From IMG/VR virus record IMGVR_UViG_3300012954_004455, positions 28,343-92,342 of that record: 64,000 bases of DNA. The stretch is one strand, 5' to 3'. Position 1 is the stretch's first letter, and every line of letters starts with the position of its first letter. Below the pieces are notes generated by a model, which worked only from the letters and a program-made list of their open reading frames with translations, did not search any database and was not told the origin of the DNA. Made by a program: the position numbers and the translations under genes. Of this stretch, positions 58,075 to 64,000 are shown piece after piece. The stretch comes from a virus.

Positions 58075-58896
58075 ATGAATCTGAATCTATATAATACGAA
58101 TCGGCCATTTCTTATTGGGAGAACAGCAGGAGAAAGGTTAATCAGGCTATCTAATGCATTCCTGGAGAAACCAAGCCTTTACACAGAGATTGAGAAATAT
58201 GCTCATTACTCTGCACATCCTGTATATCAAGAGGAGTATGGACAACGGGAGGAGATTGGGTTCATTGGAGTGATCTCAGTGCGGGGAACTCTCTACCACC
58301 AAGAGACCTGGTGTAGTGATGGGATGATTCAAATGATGGAGACAGTTCAGGCATTGGATGAAGAAGAGAAATGCTTGGGGATAGTCCTGGACATGACAAC
58401 ACCAGGGGGGGAGGCTGCAGGGACGGAGGCTTTCGCGAACGTGGTAGCGAACGCGCAAAAGCCAGTTGTTGGGTTCATCCGTAGTTATTGCCTTTCAGCT
58501 GGGTATGCAGTCATTGCTGGAGCAGATTATATTATGGCTGATGGTGAAACGGCTGAAGCAGGTTCCATCGGAACTTGTATTGTTTATGTCGATGCCTCTG
58601 AAGCGATGAAGAAAGAGGGGTATAAAAGAGTGATGATCGTTTCGGACTTATCGCCGAATAAGAACAATCTGAATTTCGAGAACCCAAGCGAAAAGGACAA
58701 AGCACAGATTAGGGAACAAGTCTTAAACCCACTTACAAAGTGGTTCCAAGGTCATGTAAAATCACATAGATCGAAAGTAACCGAAGAGGCTCTCCTAGGG
58801 GGAGTCTCTTTGGGCAATTCTGCTATAGAACATGGGCTAGTAGATGGCCTGGGATCGTATGAGGAAGCAATAAAAAAGGTACTAGAACTATCATGA
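58075..58896 (+). CDS. S49 prohead protease
   Basis: LDMTTPGGE, LSAGY and GSIG motifs; GTCC motif at 58035. Confidence 0.9.
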   Translation: MNLNLYNTNRPFLIGRTAGERLIRLSNAFLEKPSLYTEIEKYAHYSAHPVYQEEYGQREEIGFIGVISVRGTLYHQETWCSDGMIQMMETVQALDEEEKCLGIVLDMTTPGGEAAGTEAFANVVANAQKPVVGFIRSYCLSAGYAVIAGADYIMADGETAEAGSIGTCIVYVDASEAMKKEGYKRVMIVSDLSPNKNNLNFENPSEKDKAQIREQVLNPLTKWFQGHVKSHRSKVTEEALLGGVSLGNSAIEHGLVDGLGSYEEAIKKVLELS

Positions 58897-59294
58897 AAGG
58901 AAAGGAAGGATTCTTTGAAAAGATGAAGAAGTTTGGGAGAAGCTTCGGATTCAAACGGGGGGTAAAGAAGGAGAGCAAGGAGACGATTGTTAAGGAAGAA
59001 CAAACGCCTACGGCTCCAGTAGAAACCCCACCAGAAACGCTCCCCAAAGAGGATACAGAGCTAGCACGGCTCCGAGCGGAGAATGCAGCATTGAAATCTG
59101 AAAAAGAAGCGATGGTGAGTGAGTTTACAGACCTGATGGATACTTATGAGAAGGAGCAGGAAGCGGAGTCTAAGAAGGCTGCGGCTAAGCCAATCGTTGT
59201 AAACCCTAGCCAAGAAGAACATTCCATTATTAGCCAATACACTACGCACAAATTCTCTGATAAAATGCGAGAGCGGCTCAATAAAAAACGCTAA
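58893..59294 (+). CDS. Probable scaffold protein
   Basis: Coiled coil between protease and capsid. Confidence 0.55.
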   Translation: MKGKEGFFEKMKKFGRSFGFKRGVKKESKETIVKEEQTPTAPVETPPETLPKEDTELARLRAENAALKSEKEAMVSEFTDLMDTYEKEQEAESKKAAAKPIVVNPSQEEHSIISQYTTHKFSDKMRERLNKKR

Positions 59295-59338
59295 AGGATA
59301 AGAACGATAGCGATTCAATAAAAAACGCTAAAGGATAA
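59278..59338 (+). repeat. 24-bp direct repeat TCAATAAAAAACGCTAAAGGATAA x2
   Basis: 59278-59301 and 59315-59338, directly before the capsid start. Confidence 0.9.
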
Positions 59339-59340
59339 CT

Positions 59341-60321
59341 ATGGGTACTATAACGGCAGGCGTTTCGGCAAACGCCATATTTAACAGCCCAAGACTAGAC
59401 GTACAAGACCTCCAAAATTTAGCTGGAATTTACACTGTTTTGAGTAACTCTTGGTACGAGCAAACGTACGAGAGTCCCAATAATGAGACATTTTTCAGTG
59501 TGACAAACCAGGATCAGATGGTCTTGCCTTCGTCTGAAAGCTCGGGAAATTGGACACCTTTTCAGGAAGGGAATCAAAGCAACCTCGCTGTCAAATTTGG
59601 TGGGCGCATGTTGCGCCAGATGGCAGTCAAAGCAGACATTAGACTAGTGCCATTGGCTCTGCAGTGGGGTTCATATATGCGTGCGGCTGAACGTGAAAAC
59701 CGTTTAACTGGACGCTTCCTCTCTTATGAAGAGTACATATTAGGCCTTCTCATGCGCCAATTGCGTCATGATATGGAGGTAAATTTGAAATGGACAGGAC
59801 GCGCGAAAGGCATGATCAAAGGGGCTCCGTCTGGATCTGGAGACGCAATTGATGGCTTCCGAACGATTCTACTGAAAGAAGCTGAAGCGAAGAAGGTTCC
59901 TACCATTGTAGGGAAGAAGCTCGATTTGGTGACAGCAGCGGATGAGGTTCGCCGCGAAATGGATATGATTGCAAATACGCCTGCTTTGGCTATGAAGGAT
60001 TACATCTTGTATACTTCTCTACAACATGCGAATTTGGTACGTAGATCATACAATCACCATCACGGGCGCGACACCCTAGCGGTCGATCATGTGGGAATGA
60101 CAAGCTTGCCCGACCACCCCAATTTTAAAATCGTGCCTCAAGCAGGATTGAAGGGTCAAGCCCGTGTATACACACCAAAAGATAACTTCGTTATCGGTGT
60201 ACAAGGGGCTCCAGAAATGACATTGGAGTATAGATCGTATGTGCTTTTTGCGTCATTCCTCCAGGGAATTGGCTTCCAAATCGCAGATATTCGTAACGTA
60301 TTCATCAACAATTATCTATAA
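59341..60321 (+). CDS. Major capsid protein (probable)
   Basis: WTG...DAIDGF; homolog of 20219-21163. Confidence 0.75.
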   Translation: MGTITAGVSANAIFNSPRLDVQDLQNLAGIYTVLSNSWYEQTYESPNNETFFSVTNQDQMVLPSSESSGNWTPFQEGNQSNLAVKFGGRMLRQMAVKADIRLVPLALQWGSYMRAAERENRLTGRFLSYEEYILGLLMRQLRHDMEVNLKWTGRAKGMIKGAPSGSGDAIDGFRTILLKEAEAKKVPTIVGKKLDLVTAADEVRREMDMIANTPALAMKDYILYTSLQHANLVRRSYNHHHGRDTLAVDHVGMTSLPDHPNFKIVPQAGLKGQARVYTPKDNFVIGVQGAPEMTLEYRSYVLFASFLQGIGFQIADIRNVFINNYL

Positions 60322-60335
60322 GGAGGGCAACCAAG

Positions 60336-60641
60336 ATGCAGAAGAACGGAGTAAACTTAGGATTGCGAAACGGTATTTTCCTCTTCATAGATGGAAGTGG
60401 AGAGGTGACAAGCTTGAGCAAAGACGAGATCGTTGGAGTAGCGGATAATGAGGCTATGATTCTGGAGAGTGTGTCGGTAGACACGCAATCGAGAACGGTA
60501 GAACGGATCGCCTATGCACAGGATGGAGATGGCAACGCGCTGGATACCAACGGTAATGACTATACGCAGACATGGGATAAAGGCGGTGAGCTTGCTTATC
60601 AAATAGAGGTATATCATAGTAATCTGTTAAGGGAGGTATAG
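60336..60641 (+). CDS. Virion-associated hypothetical protein
   Basis: Homolog of 21177-21566. Confidence 0.6.
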   Translation: MQKNGVNLGLRNGIFLFIDGSGEVTSLSKDEIVGVADNEAMILESVSVDTQSRTVERIAYAQDGDGNALDTNGNDYTQTWDKGGELAYQIEVYHSNLLREV

Positions 60642-60642
60642 G

Positions 60643-61194
60643 ATGAGTTACAAGGCAAGATCGCTAAGACGAAAACTAGACGGGAATCGCGCACCAGGAC
60701 TAAAAACTCGACTTTGGATTCTCGATTCGAGATACATAGAGGAGTACCCAGCACGCGCGACCATTGCCCGAATCGACGATTCCATTGTATTGGTTGATTC
60801 GAATACGTACCCAGATGCCAAATGGCATCAGCTGGAAGTACTGATCGATACACCAGGAACGGAAATCAAACAGGAAGGGGAAGCTGGGGCAAAGCACTAC
60901 TCAGGAGAATTATCCATGCAGTACGATGGTACAAACGAGGAGGCTTTGGAGGCTCTAGGCAATCTTTCTGGAGGCATTGAACTGATCGTCGGTTGGGAAG
61001 GCAAAGACGGATCAATCAGAATTGCAGGAGAGCGGCACAATGGCTGCTTCATGGAATTCTCAGAGAACACTGGGAAGAAATCGGGAGATTTCATTGGGTA
61101 TGAAATCAAGGTGAAGCTTCCGACAGTAGGCAAGCCTTTCCCATACTACAAGGGAGATTTCACGCCTATCGAGGAATATACGCCTCCAACATAG
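60643..61194 (+). CDS. Major tail tube protein (probable)
   Basis: Homolog of 21570-22103. Confidence 0.65.
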   Translation: MSYKARSLRRKLDGNRAPGLKTRLWILDSRYIEEYPARATIARIDDSIVLVDSNTYPDAKWHQLEVLIDTPGTEIKQEGEAGAKHYSGELSMQYDGTNEEALEALGNLSGGIELIVGWEGKDGSIRIAGERHNGCFMEFSENTGKKSGDFIGYEIKVKLPTVGKPFPYYKGDFTPIEEYTPPT

Positions 61195-61217
61195 ACAAGG
61201 GAACAGAAGGGTGATGA

Positions 61218-61254
61218 ACGAGAGTGTATCCGTTTTGGATACACTCCCGTTTTT
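61218..61254 (+). terminator. Terminator at end of late operon (operator-like stem)
   Basis: GAGTGTATCC/GGATACACTC stem plus T-tract. Confidence 0.7.
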
Positions 61255-61280
61255 GTTTAGGGGGGGAGGGTTACAAACTA

Positions 61281-61372
61281 TTTGAAAGAATTCTATTTTT
61301 TTTAAATTTGTATCTGCTTACGGATACATTTGTGCTATGTAATGACACATTTTACATGTCAGACATGTAAAA
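61281..61372 (+). promoter_or_regulatory. Promoter/operator cassette of protease moron
   Basis: TTTG, TAAATTTG, TGTATCTGCTTACGGATACA (exact reverse complement of the switch operator), then TTTTACATGTC-A-GACATGTAAAA. Confidence 0.72.
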
Positions 61373-61483
61373 GCGTGTTTCCACTGAAAGAAAGATCAAT
61401 AGGACTATTTATCGAATATTGATAAACCAATGCTCTTATTAAAGCGTTTAGAAGAATTAACACTAGATTACAAAATCATGATT

Positions 61484-61705
61484 ATGGCTAAGAGACAAAA
61501 ACAACAACAAGACCCTGAGCATCCTACCAACAAACAGTTAATCGAAGAATATGAAGCTCTTTTTAATGTCGGGGGCGAAGATGATGTAGTAGTGAACCTG
61601 GATTGGATTGAAGAACATAGTATTTTCACCAATGATTCGGAATCAGCGATCGAATTTATCCCAGTACCGAGTCTAGGAGAAACGACACTGATTAACCCGC
61701 TTTAA
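61484..61705 (+). CDS. Small acidic protein upstream of SDH protease
   Basis: ORF 14 bp upstream of protease; start uncertain (61430 or 61484). Confidence 0.55.
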   Translation: MAKRQKQQQDPEHPTNKQLIEEYEALFNVGGEDDVVVNLDWIEEHSIFTNDSESAIEFIPVPSLGETTLINPL

Positions 61706-61719
61706 TTATACCTTGAATT

Positions 61720-62628
61720 ATGCCCAATTGGAATGAAGTTCTATCCGAGGTTTTGGCAGAGCATAATAAACAAAACAAGAAACTGCCACCTCTTGATATT
61801 GTAAGGAAAAAATACTTAAGCAAGGTATCTGAGATAACGGGACGAAACACGATTGCTTATTACTCTGGTTGGTTGCAAAAACCATCGGCACCAGGAACAG
61901 GAATCAATGATAAGGACAAGTCTGGTTTCATGCTCACTATACATAAACTAGATCGATCCAAAGGTCTTGATCTTATCCTGCACACGCCTGGAGGAGAAGT
62001 CGCTGCGACAGAGTCATTGATTGATTATCTATATGCAATGTTTGACAAGGATATTCGTGTCATTGTGCCACAAATATCTATGTCTGGAGGAACCATGATT
62101 GCGTTAGCAGCAAAGAAGATTATAATGGGTAAGCAGTCCAATTTGGGGCCAATCGACCCGCAAATTGGTGGACGGGCTTGCCAAGCTATACTAAATGAGT
62201 TTGAAACGGCTAAAGCAGAAGTAAGTGCTAATCCTCTCTCTCTAGCACTCTGGCAAGTAATAATCAGACAATATTCTCCGACTCTTTTAGGGAAATGCCA
62301 GCAAGCAATAGAGTGGTCGGAAGCTATCGCAGAGAAGGTATTGAAAGCGAATATGTTTTCAAATGAACCTCACAAGGTAAAAGACGTTATAGAGTTGTTT
62401 GCAGATCATAGTGTTCAGAAATCCCACGCTAGACACATATCTAAACAAGAGTGTAAGGATATAGGACTTGATATAATAAATCTGGAATCGAACCAAGCAT
62501 TGCAAGACGCTGTATTAACGACGCATCATGCCTTCATGCATACGTTCAATAATACATATTGCGTGAAGATTATAGAGAACAATTTAGGCGTGGCTTATAT
62601 AGAGCAGGTAAAGGCGACCAGGCAATAG
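61720..62628 (+). CDS. SDH-family (ClpP-class) serine protease
   Basis: LDLILHTPGG, SMSGGTMIALA, LGPIDPQ and SHARHI motifs. Confidence 0.87.
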   Translation: MPNWNEVLSEVLAEHNKQNKKLPPLDIVRKKYLSKVSEITGRNTIAYYSGWLQKPSAPGTGINDKDKSGFMLTIHKLDRSKGLDLILHTPGGEVAATESLIDYLYAMFDKDIRVIVPQISMSGGTMIALAAKKIIMGKQSNLGPIDPQIGGRACQAILNEFETAKAEVSANPLSLALWQVIIRQYSPTLLGKCQQAIEWSEAIAEKVLKANMFSNEPHKVKDVIELFADHSVQKSHARHISKQECKDIGLDIINLESNQALQDAVLTTHHAFMHTFNNTYCVKIIENNLGVAYIEQVKATRQ

Positions 62629-62685
62629 ATTGGAGCCTTCCGTTCCAATAGTCTCATTCTATTAAATAGTGAAAAAATTGGCTTT

Positions 62686-62720
62686 AGTTGGGTGCTGCAT
62701 CATCGCGGCACTCAACTTTC
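62686..62720. terminator. Terminator between protease and integrase B
   Basis: AGTTGGGTGCTGC/GCGGCACTCAACT stem. Confidence 0.65.
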
Positions 62721-62746
62721 ATTTTATAGGTTCTTGTTTCAGCCTC

Positions 62747-64000
62747 TTACGTCAAAGGGACAAACAAAGTAACATCTTTATCAAGCCTGGCTTGGCTCGT
62801 AGATAAATAGGGTATCAAAGCCTGGATACTCGTAACACCTATCATTTCCTTTATATGGTGTGCAGGTATCCCTATGCTTAATCCAACGGATACGAATGTG
62901 TGTCGGCCCTGGTGTGCAGTCAGCGGATGCGCCGCCCCGAACAGCTCTCCGAGATGTTTCAAGGCTTTGTTGTACTTCTGGTTCGAAGTGAGATAAGGGA
63001 AGAAAAATCCCTTTTGGGTCTGGATATACTTACGTACGGAAGGGAGCAGCTTGAGCCTAACTTCTTTGCCTGATGTGGTTTCGGTCTTCATCGGAGTAAA
63101 GACAAGATATTCGCCGAATAGGTTGGAGTGGGAGAGCCTTAGCATGTCTGAATATCGAACTCCTGTGAAGCAGGAAAAGAGGAACCAACGGGCGGTTCTT
63201 TGTACTCTCCTCACAGCTTCAGGATTGGCATATTGAGGAACCTTTTCGGGAGTCATCTCTATTCTTTTGGCCCTCTCAAGCATACGTTCGTAGATAAGAT
63301 TTGGGTTCGCTTGGAAAGATACCAGGCTTTTCAGCTCATCAGGAGATAAGGATCGGGGTGTCGGTTTGGTCTTGGGCAACTTCACGCCATGGAAGGGCCA
63401 TTGGAATTCGTAGCCTTCATTTTTTGCGAGGTGCAGGTACTTCCTGATGTATGTAAAGGCTCTTCTCCTTGCACTATGGCCAACGTGGCCTTTTTCCTTG
63501 AGGTGGTTAGCGTGCCATCGGTCGAAGTCTTCCAAGGAGGCTCGATTGATTGACGAGAAAAGCCAAGGGAGGGTAGGAGCCCCTCTCCACTTACGAATTT
63601 TTCCCAGGACTCGAAGCTCTATCTTCTTTGTGACTTCCTTGATAAGCCCCCTTTCATAGTTTGATACGACCGATCGTTCGTAATACAAGAGGAAATCTTC
63701 TCGGAGCTTTTTCCCTGCCATCTCTTCTTTGAAGGTATCAGGCGTTAAAGGCTTGTTCCAAAGTGCATACTGGGTAATGATTTGGTTGGCCTTTGCAAGG
63801 ATATTGGTCAATAGGCTGTTCTGCCTTTTTGCCTGGTCTGAACGGCCCTTGATTCTCCTTTTGTCTGGATGCCAAGCTTTTTTCTGTATATGTATCTTGG
63901 TCGATATCCTTACAGATTGCTTAGAAACCCTCGCATAAAGGTATATGGTATGGGTTCCATCGGGACGGGCTTTGCCCTTGAGTATGAGTTGAGCTTCCAT
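62747..64000 (-). CDS. int: Tyrosine integrase
   Basis: FTGVRYSDM, HQGRHT and catalytic Tyr (LIPY); homolog of 22560-23828. Confidence 0.93.
   Translation of the reverse strand: MEAQLILKGKARPDGTHTIYLYARVSKQSVRISTKIHIQKKAWHPDKRRIKGRSDQAKRQNSLLTNILAKANQIITQYALWNKPLTPDTFKEEMAGKKLREDFLLYYERSVVSNYERGLIKEVTKKIELRVLGKIRKWRGAPTLPWLFSSINRASLEDFDRWHANHLKEKGHVGHSARRRAFTYIRKYLHLAKNEGYEFQWPFHGVKLPKTKPTPRSLSPDELKSLVSFQANPNLIYERMLERAKRIEMTPEKVPQYANPEAVRRVQRTARWFLFSCFTGVRYSDMLRLSHSNLFGEYLVFTPMKTETTSGKEVRLKLLPSVRKYIQTQKGFFFPYLTSNQKYNKALKHLGELFGAAHPLTAHQGRHTFVSVGLSIGIPAHHIKEMIGVTSIQALIPYLSTSQARLDKDVTLFVPLT

Larger units (their letters stand above)
23961..64000. mobile_element. Prophage B (near complete: repressors, replication, structural module, integrase)
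   Basis: XRE repressors/Cro, primase-helicase, TerL, portal, S49 protease, capsid, tape measure, tyrosine integrase at the right end; exact boundaries inferred. Confidence 0.88.

Noticed and set aside
61225-61243. Fifth copy of the repressor operator
   Set aside because: Spacer is 5 rather than 6 bp and it forms the stem of the late-operon terminator; a dual role cannot be supported
1-64000. Assembly duplication artefact
   Set aside because: Syntenic genes share only protein motifs, and DNA and accessory genes differ, so these are distinct elements
1-64000. Diversity-generating retroelement, retron or invertible tail cassette
   Set aside because: No reverse transcriptase, no TR/VR pair and no serine invertase or shufflon repeats seen

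Overview
The window is almost entirely prophage DNA from a Bacteroidota host, judged by TAnnTTTG -7 promoter elements and Bacteroidota-type integrase and primase. It holds two divergent but gene-for-gene syntenic long-tailed temperate phages in tandem. Prophage A (<1 to ~23.95 kb) is its right part only: tail, tape measure, terminase, portal, ori-like palindrome, regulator, membrane-HTH protein, fibre, S49 protease, capsid, tail tube, integrase. Prophage B (~23.97 to 64.0 kb) appears nearly complete: three tandem XRE repressors, a divergent Cro-like gene, early genes, a primase-helicase fusion, DUF4326/ASCH/PolX-like genes, the same structural module in the same order, an SDH/ClpP-class protease moron, and an integrase. 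The most interesting signals are non-coding and come from comparing the two phages. (1) A 10-copy GTCC...TTG promoter motif with fixed 33-34 nt spacing, 8 copies sitting 4-7 nt before start codons, suggests an activator-dependent, leaderless late regulon shared by both phages. (2) A palindromic operator (TGTATCY-N6-RGATACA) links the triple-repressor switch to a distal C4/CI-like antisense-RNA locus and to the protease moron. (3) A conserved cos-like GGGCGCACSCCG site lies downstream of terL in both phages. (4) Large symmetric palindromes with IHF-consensus sites sit near a conserved membrane-anchored HTH protein. (5) An attP-like core lies at the A/B junction. No endolysin, CRISPR array, reverse transcriptase, rRNA or tRNA was recognised. 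Functional calls rest on motif recognition and synteny only; no database searches were run.
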